A stretch of DNA of 64,000 bases. Source: Octopus sinensis. Taxonomy: Eukaryota. The notes under the pieces were generated by a model, which was not told the DNA's origin, made no database searches, and saw only the letters and a program-made list of their open reading frames with translations. The translations under genes were made by a program, and so were the position numbers. The DNA lies in contig NC_043003.1 of the NCBI RefSeq assembly GCF_006345805.1, positions 113,646,001 through 113,710,000 of the forward strand, in the 5' to 3' direction. Within the stretch, counting starts at the first letter, position 1, and every line of letters starts with the position of its first letter. Below are positions 13,250 to 26,029 of the stretch, piece after piece.

Positions 13250-13789
13250 TATATATATATATACATACAAATATATATACATATATATACATACAAATAT
13301 ATATATATACATATATACATACAAATATATATATATATATATTACATATATATAACATACAAATATATATATATATATATACATATATATACATATACAT
13401 ATACATACAAATATATATATATATATAATACAAATATATATACATACAAATATATATATATACATATATATACATACAAATATATACATATATATATATA
13501 CAAATATATATATACATATACATACAAATATATATACATACAAATATATATATACATATTATACATACAAATATATACATATACATATATATATACATAC
13601 AAATATATATATACAAATATATATACATACAAATATATATATATACATACATATATATATATATATACAAATATATATACATATATTACATACAAATATA
13701 TATATATATATATATATATAACATACAAATATATATATAATATATATATATTATATACATATATATATATATAATACAAATATATACAT

Positions 13790-13826
<37 letters not shown>

Positions 13827-14018
13827 CAAATATATATATATATACATATATACATACAAATATATATTATATACATATATATACATACAAATATATATAT
13901 ACATATATATACATAAAAATATATTATATAACATATATATACATACAAATATATATATATACATATTATATACATACAAATATATATATATATATACAAT
14001 ATATATATATACATACAA

Positions 14019-14051
<33 letters not shown>

Positions 14052-14129
14052 ATATATATATACATACAAATATATATACATATATATACATACAATATAT
14101 ATATATATACATATATATACATACAAATA

Positions 14130-14161
<32 letters not shown>

Positions 14162-14301
14162 CAATATATATATATTTATATATATATATATATAATATAC
14201 ATATATATACATACAAATATATATATACATATACATACAAATATATACATAAAAATATATATATATACATATATTACATACAAATTATATATACATATAT
14301 A
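12950..14301. repeat. (TA)n/(TACA)-based compound microsatellite at the duplication junction
   Basis: Same units as 10520-11348; its right end matches the right end of that array. Confidence 0.95.
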
Positions 14302-15620
14302 TCATCATCATCATCATCATCATCATTTAGCGTCCGTTTTCCATGCTAGCATGGGTTGGACGGTTCAACTGGGTCTGGGGAGCCCGAAGGCTGCACCAGG
14401 CCAGTCAGATCTGGCAGTGTTTCTACAGCTGGATGCCCTTCCTAACGCCAACCACTCCGAGAGTGTAGTGGGTGATTTTATGTGCCACCGACACAGGTGC
14501 CAGACGAGGCTGGCGAACGGCCACGCTCGGATGGTGTTTTTATGTGCCACCGACACAGGTGCCAGACGAGGCTGGCAGACGGCCACGCTCGGATGGTGTT
14601 TTTATGTGCCACCGACACAGGTGCCAGATGAGGCTGGCAGGTGCCAGACGAGGCTGGCAGACGGCCACGCTCGGATGGTGTTTTTATGTGCCACCGACAC
14701 AGGTGCCAGATGAGGCTGGCGGACGGCCACGATCGGATGGTGTTTGTTACGTCCCCAAAGCACGGAGGCCAGTCTATGCGGTACTGGCTACGGCCACGTT
14801 CGGATGATTTCTTGTGTGCCACCGGCACTGGTACCACAAAGATACAAATTCCATTTATGCTCATCTATTTGATTTGTTTTGATTGATTTGATTTTCACTT
14901 GCCTCAACAGGTCTTCACAAGTGTCACTTGCCTAAACAGGTCTTCACAAGTGTCACAAGAAGGAAGGTATGCACAGGTGGACTGTCTACGTCGCCGGGTC
15001 TTCGGATGGTGTCTTTATGTGCCACCGACACAGGTGCCAGATGTGGCTGGCGAACGGCCACGATCGGATGGTTTTCTTGTGTGCCACCGGTACTGGAACC
15101 ACAAAGATACAAATTCCATTGATGTTCATCTATTTTGATTGGTTTGATTTTCACTTGCCTCAACAGGTCTTCACAAGTGTCACGCGTGTCACACACTTGC
15201 CTCAACAGGTCTCCACAAGTGTCACACACTTGCCTCTGCCTCAACAGGTCTTCACAAGTGTCACACACTTGCCTCTGCCTCAACAGGTCTTCACAAGTGT
15301 CATAAGAGGGAAGGTATGCACAGGTGGACTGACTACGTCGCCGGGTCTTTGGATGGTGTTTTTATGTGCCACCGACACAGGTGCCAGGTGAGGCTGGCGA
15401 ACGGCCACGCTCGGATGGTGTTTTTATGTGCCACCGACACAGGTGCCAGGTGAGGCTGGCGAACGGCCACGATCGGATGGTGTTTGTTACGTCCCCAAAG
15501 CACGGAGGCCAGTCGATGCGGTACCAGCTACGGCCACTTCGGATGGTTTTCTTGTGTGCCACCGGTACTGGAACCACAAAGATACAAATTCCATTGATAT
15601 TCATCTATTTGATTTGGTTT
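14302..15620 (-). mobile_element. RTE-tailed non-autonomous element with tandem units (copy 2, duplicate of 11349-12560)
   Basis: Near-identical to copy 1, and followed by the same GATA tract and unique 260-bp segment (15738-16001 versus 12680-12950). Confidence 0.75.
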
Positions 15621-15702
15621 GATACATACAAATATATATATATACAAATATATATACATACAAATATATATATATACAAATATATATATAAGGTATATAT
15701 AT

Positions 15703-15737
<35 letters not shown>

Positions 15738-16049
15738 TCTGTCTGCCTCTATCTCTCTCCTTTGAATTTTTCCAAAACATTTCCCTATAATGGGTTTTAC
15801 TGTTAATTTACTTGCAGCTAAGCTTGCTATTCTCATCGTCATTTCTCCCAATCTTTCTCTTTTTATACTTTCTCTCGGGCCCCACTTTTCATTTACACAT
15901 TCCCAAAATATGCTGCATCACTACACATGTTTTATTTCCATATTTTCAGCATCTGTCTGCCTGTCCCCTGCTCTCTCTCTCTTCCTCACACTCTTTCTCA
16001 TTATATATATATTTATATATATATATATATATATATACTCTTTTTTTTT

Positions 16050-16439
16050 TTTTACTCTTTTACTCGTTTCAGTCATTTGACTGTGGCTATGTTCGAGCAA
16101 TGCCTTTAGTCAAGCAAATCGACCCCAGGACTTATTCTTTGTAAGCCTAGTACTTATTCTATCGGTCTCTTTTGTCAAACCGCTAAGTTACGGGGACGTA
16201 TACACACCAGCATCAAGCGATGTTGGGGGAGACAAACACATACACACACACATACATATGTATACATATATACGACGGACTTCTTTCAGTTTCCGTCTAC
16301 CAAATCCACTCTGAAGGCTTTGGTTGGCCTGAGGCTGCAGTAGAAGACATTTGCCCAAGGTGCCATGCAGTGAGACTGAACCCGGAACCATGTGGCTGGT
16401 AAGCAAGCTACTTACCACACAGCCACTCTTACGCCTATA
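16050..16439 (-). mobile_element. SINE family A
   Basis: Reverse complement of the 2631-3040 family. Confidence 0.85.
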
Positions 16440-17120
16440 TATATACACACACACTTGTTTGAATGTTTAATGGCCATCTTTTTTTTTCATCCCCCTTCTT
16501 TACCGCAACATACCTCCAGCATTCACCTTTGCTATGTCCACAATCTCACAATTATCAAAACGGAGGAGGAGGAGAAGAAGAAGAAGACTTCCTCGTCTAA
16601 TGAATTAATTGATCCAACATCTGGTTCGTGCCATTTGTACCGAAGAACTTTTCTACCTGGACCAGACAAGAGAGCCGTGGAGCAGAGGAGGTGAGAATGA
16701 TGAGAACTAAGGTGTATGGTATGAGGAAGAGAGAGAGAGGGGGAGAATGATGTGAAAGAGAGAGGGGAGATGAGAGAGAGAGAGAGAGATGAAGGGGGAA
16801 GGAGAGAGATAGAGTGAGAGACAACAGTGAGGGGGAAAGAAAATCAATGAGATTAAAACAGGCCAAGTAATTAACGTAGAGTGAGAAGAGATTACACCTT
16901 TTAGCAGGACTAGAAACAAGAGTACAATATAGTCTACTAATACTACTACACGTGGTGGCAGTGGTGGTGGTAGTAGTGTTAATTAGTCAGTAGTAGTAGT
17001 AGAAGTGGTGGTAGTGGTGGTGGTGGTGATTTATTACGCAAACTCACAAAGTTACAAGTATAGGGATTTTAATAGTGGAACTTTATTAGAGACCTGGAAG
17101 GTGTCAAAGTAGGAGAATGA

Positions 17121-17161
17121 TGTGCTGATGATGTCTACTGAGGCAGAAACACATGCTCACA
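17121..17161 (+). ncRNA. Degenerate minimal type I hammerhead motif (U16.1 replaced by C)
   Basis: TGTG-CTGATGA-TGTCT actg AGGCA-GAAAC-ACAT-GC-T-CACA. Stems I and II are intact, but the cleavage triplet reads GCU instead of GUH. Confidence 0.5.
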
Positions 17162-17590
17162 GCTGTCCTGTATTTTGCTTGTGTGTGTGTAAATGTACAG
17201 CCTACTTTGATACTAAAGGTGGATGACTGGTAAAAAAATGTTTAATATCAATCCAATTAGGTAAAGGACTACAGATCCATACTCATTCTTGCAACATTGT
17301 GAAAAACAAACACAAATATGCATATACTATGTGTGTGTGTGTACATGTGAATATACATACATACATATATACAGTTGCAGAGTCTCACACACACACATAC
17401 ACGTACATACATATTCACATATATGTATATACACACACACACAGACTCAGTAATATGCAGAAATTAACAAAGATACAAACATAGACACACACATAGAACT
17501 ACATATGCACAATTTGCACACACACCGCAACATTGCACATAAATCAATGACTTCAAAAAGTAATTGTTTTGAAATACTACAAAACCTTAC

Positions 17591-17738
17591 CTATCTAGTG
17601 TGGCTTGATTCATGGCATTAGGATCGCCATTCTGGAAGTGTCTGGGATAATCAGATCCTGAAACTTGTTGGTACTGTCCCTGTCCAACTGACCCTTGTCT
17701 GGCAGGAGGAACAGTTCGTGGGAACCTTGGCTGAGCAT
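17591..17738 (-). CDS. Ten-m: Teneurin-like gene, intracellular-domain exon
   Basis: Acceptor ttttcttatag|AT (phase 1) and donor GAT AG|gtaagg (phase 2); 148 nt, DAQPRFPRTVPPARQG...NQATLDR. Phases match the exons at 22847 and 4350. Confidence 0.75.
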
Positions 17739-18872
17739 CTATAAGAAAATGACAAAAAATTATGGTTGTGGTTATTAGGATTATTAATTTCATTATTATG
17801 ATTATTATTATTATTATTATTATTGTTATTGGTATTGTTGTTGTTGTTGTCATATATTAGTGTGTGTGGAAATCTTTGTGATATTTTTTACAATACTTTA
17901 TGCGATGGGAAGAAACATTTTTTTGTTTCAGTTTGTAGATAAGGAATTTGGGGACATTACCATTTACCCTATTACCTGGGATGCACAAAAGATCAAAGGT
18001 CTGATATATATTTATTTTTTTAAAATTGTTGTTTAATGCTAATTAAAATGGCTTCTTCTCAGAGAATTGAAAAAGCAACAAATAGAGTAGTGTTGATTAC
18101 ATCACCATGGAAAAAAATGTTTTAATCAATAACACAGATTTATGAAAAAGATAAAATGAAAAAGACTACAACTGATATTTACTTAGTCTTAGATCCTTCA
18201 TAAATCTACAGGTGTATTAGACCAGAACATATTCCACCTTCCTATTATTTGTCATATAATATATCCGTGAAGTGGATGGCTGACCTGTAGCTATTACCAG
18301 GACAGATTTATAGGTGACGGGAATGGGACCACTTGCAAAAAGTGTTTTCTCATGACCACAATGCTCAACTCAGTCTATGAATGGAAATTCTAATCTTATG
18401 ATGAAGAATCCAATACCTTAATGACAAGAAGACAGAGCAATAGCAACAGGTTTGATAGAAGCACGAAACACTGAGAAATACTTTGGGTACAGATCAACCC
18501 CGAGAAAACAAATATAAGGATTGGGCCTAAGAAATATATTGGCAAATGGGAATATCACACCAGGGCATTTTGTCTTTTTTCCAGAAAACTGAAGGAATCT
18601 TCCAGGTAAGCCCAAAGGAACAATTGTAAGAAATTCTGGTTAATGTGTGGCATCTACTGGGATAGAAAGTATGGATCAGAGATATCTGGTCTTTGAGAAT
18701 CTAGAACGAGTGGAGAAATATCTGCCTACAAATAGTTGCAACAATCTATAGGTACACAGCTGGAGACAATAGCAGTCATCCCTTTTTTAGGTACAGGATG
18801 GACAGGTGGTGATGACTACAGGTGTTTGGGTGGTATCTGTATAGATATGCAAGTCCTAACAACAACAACAAA

Positions 18873-19128
18873 AAATTCACTGGCACGTAAAAAGCACCAT
18901 CCGTCCGTAGCCATTTGCCAGCCCCGTCTGGCACCTGTGCGAGTGGCACGTAAAAAGCACCCACTAAACTCACGGAGTGGTTGGCGTTAGGAAGGGCATC
19001 CAGCCGTAGAAACACTGCCAGATCAGACTGGGCCTGATGCAGCCTTCTGGCTTCACAGACCCCAGTTGAACCATCCAACCTATGCTAGCATGGAAAGCGG
19101 ACGCTAAATGATGATGATGATGATGATG
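18873..19128 (+). mobile_element. RTE-tailed SINE-like element, family D
   Basis: ggttggcgttaggaagggcatccagc...catgctagcatggaaagcggacgctaaa(tga)n tail. Confidence 0.8.
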
Positions 19129-19420
19129 CCAAACTAGACTCCATTGTGAGAGCAGAAAAGAAAGAAATGAAACTGATGGTGGGACTAGGCCAGATAAAGA
19201 AGAGTTACTCAAGGCCTTTCTATCCAGAAAGGATGGAAAAGCAGAGGGGAAAAAGGAAGCAGGGGTAGCAACAAGGGTAGATCCCTAGAAGCTGATGCTA
19301 CAGGAGCACAACTAGTTCCAGCTTTGAGGAAAGCAGTAAGATTCCCTCCTCATCAGTGCCAGAAGAAGGTAAAGGCCAACAAACTGAAAGGTCTTGCTGT
19401 GTACTACCATTCCAAAAGGT

Positions 19421-19594
19421 GGAGGAGGAGGAGGAGGAGGAGGAAGGGAGGAAGAAGAAGAAGAAGAAGAAGAAGAAGAAGAAGAGAGGAGGAGGAGGAG
19501 GAGAAGAAGAAGAAGAAGAAGAAGAAGAAGAAGAAGAGGAGGAGAAGAAGAAGAAGAAGAAGAAGAAGAAGAAGAGAAGAAGAGGAGGAGGAGG
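19421..19594. repeat. (GGA)n/(GAA)n homopurine tract
   Basis: About 170 bp of purines only. Confidence 0.95.
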
Positions 19595-19599
19595 TTAAT

Positions 19600-19960
19600 G
19601 AGTGTTGATAGCAGCTCTGAATGAATACAAAAAGTGTAGACATAATGAAATGGTTGCAACAATGTACAGGAATTATCACATAAAGTTAAGTTTTGCAAAT
19701 ACAAAAGTGACCAGCAATAAACATTTTGTGATGACTGAAAACATTGCAGGTTATTGAAAACATTGAAGTGAGGATTTTCCTATACAAACTAAGAAAGGAA
19801 TTCAAAAGACCCAATATCGAAGCTTTTGACAAGAAGAATCTAAGTGTTATAATCAACATGACATAACCATTTGTCACTAGAGTAAAAAGAAATGAAAAAC
19901 AAAGGTAGAACATTATACTGACATGAAGTGTGAATTTGTCAAAGTTTGGATCAGAGAAGT
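19600..19960 (+). mobile_element. Non-LTR retrotransposon remnant, restriction-like endonuclease domain (R4/NeSL-type)
   Basis: Across frameshifts: EYKKCRHNEMV...DFPIQTKKGIQ..RPNIEAFDKK...IINMT.PF...KVEHYTDMKCEFVKVW, matching the RHN, RPD, IID and K..KY.DL motifs of RLE elements. Confidence 0.7.
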
Positions 19961-20234
19961 TAATAGGATCATGATGATGTCACGAGAAAAGTGACAAAAA
20001 AAAAAAAGGGAAAAAGCAAAAAGCAAACCTTGAAAAAATTTGATTTTTAACTTCAGGGTAAATACAGTGTAGCTCACCAGGAACTATTCAAAAACTCCTC
20101 AGCTGTATGTAAAAACAAGCATGAAGGGCAGGAAATAATTTTCTATAAAAGACACAAAATGCTCCACATTCTAGAACATAAGTTGTGGTTTGATAGGAAG
20201 AATAATTGGAACAGGCAAAGTAACAATTCCATGA

Positions 20235-20450
20235 AACAGCAACAACAAATAATAATAATAATCCTTTCTGCTATAGGCACAAGGCCGGAAATTTCAGAGG
20301 AGTGAATTTATCGATTACATTGAGTTCAGTGCATAACCTGCATTTATTTTATTGATCCCAAAAGGATGAAAGGCAAAGTCAACCATGGTGGAATTTGAAG
20401 TCAGAATGTAAAAACAAGATAAAATGCTAATCATTGTGCCAATTCGTTAC
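20235..20450 (-). mobile_element. SINE family B, diverged
   Basis: aaaggatgaaaggcaaagtcaacc..ggaatttgaagtcagaa aligns with the reverse of the 92-327 copy. Confidence 0.7.
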
Positions 20451-20451
20451 C

Positions 20452-20503
<52 letters not shown>

Positions 20504-20559
20504 TGATAACAATACTAGTTATAAAGAGATTTATAAAAATAAAATGGAATAATAATAAT

Positions 20560-21120
20560 AAATGCCCTGATGCAGTACCAGGCAGTCGCTCTCATGGCTT
20601 CTGATCTTAACTGATTGAAAGTGTTATCATGTACATTGTTTTGTCTCGGTATAAAAGATGGGCAACAGCAAATATTCTGCTCAATACCACAGATTTGCTT
20701 GTCAGTTGTTTGACCTTAACCAGTTGACCATGTCTCTTAGTGGCTGACGATATGTGCATCTCTGATCACGAGCAGAAATAGTGGGGGAGCATCATAGCCA
20801 TTTGTTGAGAGGAATTCTTTGGGGTTTGAATAAACCTCCTTTGGTGACATGGGTGGTTCGTTCAACATCCTTAAACAACCCTTATTCAGGGACCTTTTGA
20901 GTGGGATGGGCTACTCGACCAGAAGAAAATTCTAACTGGGCCCCACCTGCAAGGTCATGCGCTGTTTATCTGGATATCAGATCACCATGTCGCGCACATA
21001 TGGTTGTGATGCATGTGCCTAGTGTACTCTTATCAGATGGGTAGTCATGATGGGTCTACTGGGCTTTGTATAATTGTACCCCAGTGTCACTATGATGGCA
21101 TACCCTGCTCTCTCACTCAA
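20560..21120. mobile_element. Unclassified ~560-bp interspersed repeat bounded by (AAT)n tracts
   Basis: GC-richer block sharply delimited by (AAT)n at both ends; no ORF. Resembles a retroelement 3' region, but only one copy is in the window. Confidence 0.4.
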
Positions 21121-21703
21121 TAACAATAATTACAATTCTTTCAACTATAGGCACAAAGCCTGTCATTTTGGAGAGAAGATCCACCAAATATATTGATCCC
21201 AATTCTCTACTTGTCTTATCAACCCTGAAACAGTGACCGCAGCCTCTTTGGCAGAATTTGAATTCAGCACACAGAATGGTGGGGAACATGATTAGGATCG
21301 TTTCGTCCAGTGTGCTAATGATTCCACAACATTCTAGTCTGTATCTCTATGAAGGAGACAAACTGCAGAAAGACATACCTCAGAGACAGGGAACATCATC
21401 AAGGAACTTCTGCAGAGTGTATCTGCATATCAACAGCAAGGACATGCAGAGTGTGCTGGTGCAAAGGAACAATCTGACTATTGGAACATATACTTTTCAC
21501 AAGAATCTGAATTTCAGATGCTCTAATCTCATCAGGAAGTAATTAGGACTAGACCTAACAGTCAGTGGGTAAATAATTACAGAGGCAATTAATCGTTATT
21601 TCATCAACTCTCTAAAGATAAAAAGATCAATTTTGCTTTGGTAAGTTTCGAATTCTGGATGTAAAGGGCCAGAACCAACAGTGTGGCACATTGTGAGAGT
21701 CTA

Positions 21704-21995
21704 GGCACATAACATAGTGGTTAGGGTATTCAGCTTATGATTTTAAGGTCATGAGTTCAATTCCTGGTGGCATGTTGTGTCCTGGAGTAAGACACTTTAT
21801 TTCACAATGCCCCAGTCTACTCAGCTGGCAAAAAGGAGTTGTACCTGAGAGTCAAAAGGGGCCAGCCTTGTCATATTCTGTATCATACTGAATCTCCATG
21901 AGGTCTACATTAAGGTTACGTGTGTCTGTGGAGTACTCAGCCACTTGCACACTGATTTCATGTGTAGGCTGTTCCAGTAATTGGATCGGAACACC
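21704..21995 (+). mobile_element. tRNA-derived SINE, other family, diverged
   Basis: A-box-like catagtggttaggg, B-box gagttcaattcc, then gtgtcctggagtaagacactttatttcac (central domain-like). Confidence 0.55.
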
Positions 21996-22846
21996 CATAA
22001 TTTGTAATCAATGGTGAGCTAGTAATAATAATTTTGCCAGTTTGGTGGAAATTTCTTTCTCTAACCTATCTTTATTAATTTTAAGAATGAGTTTGTGAAT
22101 TAGAAAAGCAAATGCTTAGATACGAAAGTGTTGCTAAGAGAGAAAATTTGAAGAAAAGCAGGTAGATGAAGAAAACAATTAACATGGTAAAACATAACGT
22201 TTGTGCATTAATTAAAAAAAAACCAATATCACATTTTTCAAAGAACTTACCAACTTCAAAACAATTTTATTACATTATCAAGCAAAATAAAAAAAAAGTA
22301 TGTTTATAATTTTATAAAGCTCAGAACAATTTTAGGAAGATGTATGTCTTCTAGCAATGTCAGAAGTCACATCTTTATAGGATGAAATACTCAGGGAAAC
22401 TTGGGGCCTCTATTGCTGTTACTTTTGTCTTTAATTAAGGTGGGAGAAAAATCACCTTTCACATGCTGACTGTGAAGAGCCATCTGAAAAATTAGCATGG
22501 ATAATTCCTCAACATTTAACAGAGTAATGTAAAGTAGAGCACTTAGGGATATTTAGATGATAAGCAGCTTATTAACTGTGATAACACTAACTTAATAAAT
22601 AGGAAGAGCTTTGAAAATCAAATTAGTAAGAAATATGTGATGGAAGAATATTAGTTAAGAAATAGTATTATCATATCTCCACAAGACTGGGAGACACTAG
22701 TTAATTGGATATAGATGAAACAAAAGGTTTTTGTAGGTTTTTGAACAATGCCAACTGAAGTCAATATGATTAGAAGCAGGATTTCACAAAAACTAAAATC
22801 AACAAAAACAATGGCAACAATTAACATGAGAATAGATTGGCCTTAC

Positions 22847-23086
22847 CTGGTGGCAAGAATACATTACTTGATGTGGTCTGCACCAAATAATGTTGCTCAA
22901 AGTCACCTTCTCCTTCAGAATAGTTGCATCTGCGACACGTGTTCTCCACCTCCGAATAATTTCCACGCTGTGAAGGACCAAAGGACTTCCTTCGCGTTGA
23001 TGCAACAGGACTTCTTTGGGGAATGTCTTCAATTGGGGGTGGAGGTGGAGGTGGAGGTAAAGATGGTGGTGGTAACTGTAGTGTTC
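22847..23086 (-). CDS. Ten-m: Teneurin-like gene, intracellular-domain exon with polyproline tract
   Basis: Acceptor ttttgtgtattgcag|GA and donor CCA G|gtaagg; 240 nt, phase 1-1. GTLQLPPPSLPPPPPPPP...GDFEQHYLVQTTSSNVFLPP; the last motif resembles, from memory, the DFEPxxLVxTxSGNVYIP segment of arthropod teneurin intracellular domains. Confidence 0.8.
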
Positions 23087-23806
23087 CTGCAATACACAAA
23101 ATGTTGTTTCATCTTAGAAGCACTGTCGTCATTATCATCATCATCATAATCACCACATTTTAAATGCCAATACATTTTCTGCAGGTTGTTTTTGCACAAC
23201 AAAAATGAAATAGAATTTAAGGGAAAAGGTATCAATAAAAACTATAGTCAATACTACATAAAGAAATTAGACTTAAATATTGAAAAATTCAATACAGTTC
23301 CACTAACAAAGGTGGAATAGCTTAACAATTACACTATCGTGTGTGTGTGTGTGTGTGTATACGTGTGTGTATTTCTAAGCCATCTTCCCAACTTCCTTGT
23401 GTTTGCAAATTCCTTTATTTTCTGTAATATATACATACATATATATATATGTATGTATGTAATTGCATCTATGTACATGTGCATGGTGTGTGTATCGAAG
23501 TATAATTCCTTCATGTATATGAACATGATATATATAAATTACTGACAATCTATTTAGAATATGTCTATACCAGTCATTACACAGTTACACACACACTTAC
23601 ACACTCACACGATACACATGTGTACATACACCGGAACAAATGTACTTTGTAAACATACCTCTTCATATCTTCATTTTCGTTTCACAAACAGCCATTACTA
23701 CAACCAATGCATTAGCGTCAAGATATAGTGATATGGAAATATTTATCCCTGAAGAGATATTTTCCTAATTAGATAACACATTACATACACTCATATATAC
23801 TCACAA

Positions 23807-23877
<71 letters not shown>

Positions 23878-24180
23878 TAGATAGATATACATACACACCC
23901 ATGCAAACATATGCACACACACACACACACACAACACAAATACACATGTATCTGTGTCAATACAAAACACAGATAAATGTAAACACACATACATATAATG
24001 TGCATGAACATGGTGGCATACAAAATATTCATCTGTATACATGGCCTCATTTCAGTGAAAGAGGCATAGAAATCAATAACCAATAGATTGGATACAGATG
24101 CAGACACAGCTTTTCAGTATATTGGACTTCTGCAAAAAACAGGAGCAGAAGCTACAACCATAGACAAGCAGTATATCTTT

Positions 24181-24562
24181 TATCTTTTACTTGTTTCAAT
24201 TATTAGACTGTGGCCATGCTGGGGCACCCCCATGAAGAAGTTTTAGTTGAATGAATTGATCCCAGTACTTATTCTATCTGTCCCCTTTTGCCAAACTGCA
24301 ATGTTAATGGGATGTCAACACACTAATACCACTTGTCAAGAAATGGTGTGGGACAAACACAAATGCAAAAACATGTGTGCATGCACTCACACACACGACA
24401 AGCTTCTTTCTGTTTCCATCCATCAACCTACCAAATCTACCCAAAAGCCTTTGGTCACTCTCAGGCTAAAGTAGAAGATGCTTCTCAAAGGTGCCACACA
24501 GTGGGACTGAACCTGGAACCGTGTGGCTGGGAAGCAAACTTCTTACTACACAGTCATGGCTG
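24181..24562 (-). mobile_element. SINE family A, diverged
   Basis: Reverse homolog of 2631-3040. Confidence 0.75.
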
Positions 24563-24563
24563 T

Positions 24564-24622
<59 letters not shown>

Positions 24623-24639
24623 TACATACATATATAATA

Positions 24640-25548
24640 TATGAGGGGCTACCCAAAAATAACCAGGAATGTTCTCTGTGGGACAAGCCTGTTGTATTTC
24701 AGGCTTCTACTACTAAAAGCCACTTGGTGTGACCCTCAGGCATCGGTCTGGCAACTGGCATTGTCCAGTGAGGTCATACTGCTCCATGGTGCCTCTTTGT
24801 TTTGCAGTGTTTTACCCCTGTTTGTCAATTTTTGTGATGGCTGAAACAAAGGAATGGCATGATTCTGTGAAATTCTGTTTTCTGCAGGGGAAAATAGCAG
24901 CTGAAACAGCTGTCAGGCTTTGAACAGCTTACAAGGCTACGGCCATAAGCAAAACACAAGTTTATGAGTGGTTTTCAGACTTTAGGAATGGTCATTGCTG
25001 CTTGAGGTTGAACTTCATGCGAAGTGACCATCAACCTCCCAAACGAATGAAAACACCATGAAAATTCATAAACAGATCTTGGGGGACCGTCACCAAACAA
25101 CTGACGAACTTGTTGATATGACCGGTGTGTCCTGGGGCTCCTGTCAATGAATTTTGAGTGAGGAATTGTGAATGAAAAGAGTTGCAGCAAAATTTGTGCC
25201 TCGCTTACTCACAAAAGATCAAAAGTGTTCATGGCTGAATGCATGTCATGAACTGAAAGAACAAATGGAATCTAATCTGGACCATTTTTCGAAGGTCATC
25301 AAAGATGATGGGAGTTGGTGCTATAGAATTTGCAAATGTGAAAGAGTTGAAGAAAAAAACAATGGAGGCGTTAACAGGCATCACTTTGCAAGAATTCCAG
25401 GATTGCTCCCAACATTTGAAAATGCATCTGGAACAATGCATTGCTTCAAATAGGGAATACTTTGAACACAATAAAAGGGCAAACATGTTAAACTAAAAGA
25501 ATAGAATAATATTGCGAAATTTCGGTTTCTTTTGTGTACCCCCTTATA
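24640..25548 (+). mobile_element. Mariner transposon, internally deleted
   Basis: Imperfect ~26-bp TIRs tatgaggggctacccaaaaataacc / ggtttcttttgtgtacccccttata. Fragments VKFCFLQGKIAAET, KTQVYEWF, VPRLLT and KVIKDDGSWCY are followed directly by the C-terminal EQCIASNREYFE. Confidence 0.85.
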
Positions 25549-26029
25549 CATACATAAAATACATATATTATTCCCCCATCATACAATGTATGTTTGTGTA
25601 CGTATACGTGTGTGCATGAGTGTGTGCGTGTGTGCATGTGTGTGTTTGTACATATCTATATGTAAGTGAATCATTCAATAGTTTCATCAATGACTGTCAA
25701 GTACATGTTCAGGGAATTACAGTCTGAGTGGTGGGTGAATATACCCCAGTCTGAATCAGCCGGCAAATTGTGTCAGAAGGTTTTTCTGCACTTCCATAGA
25801 GTATCTGCCAACCCAGTTTTGACCACAAGGTTTCTGTCAACCTCAAGCTATGGCAAGAAATCCATATAATGGAATCAAATTCAGGACCTTGGGATTACAA
25901 AGTAAACACATCACCCCACATGGCTACACTTATTTCCTACATGAACAGGCACAAAGGAAAGGTCATGTATGGGAAAATATGGATATATAAATTGGTCATT
26001 CAGATATACACAAACACACACACACATCC

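Noticed and set aside
10360-14270. Long ORFs (up to 338 aa) rich in Y/I/H/T
   Set aside because: Translations of TA/TACA microsatellite, which lacks stop codons in several frames; no splice or homology support.
16510-16660. Exon-like segment between exons 17591 and 4350
   Set aside because: No acceptor/donor pair gives the required phase 2-2 open frame.
18300-18720. Possible Gypsy integrase remnant (TLRNTL, KVWIRD words)
   Set aside because: Motifs too short and too broken to support a call without a profile search.
20078-20102. 25-nt minus-strand exon with good splice sites (AEEFLNSS)
   Set aside because: Frameshifts if joined to 17738 and creates TGA if joined to 4350; at most a poison exon.
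20744-20800. CTGACGA...GAAA hammerhead-like words
   Set aside because: Four extra nt before helix II, no helix III, and no NUH triplet next to a stem I partner.
21500-21540. Minus-strand CTGATGA-GAT..ATC-T-GAAA
   Set aside because: Extra nt before GAAA and no stem I pairing; simply a local hairpin.
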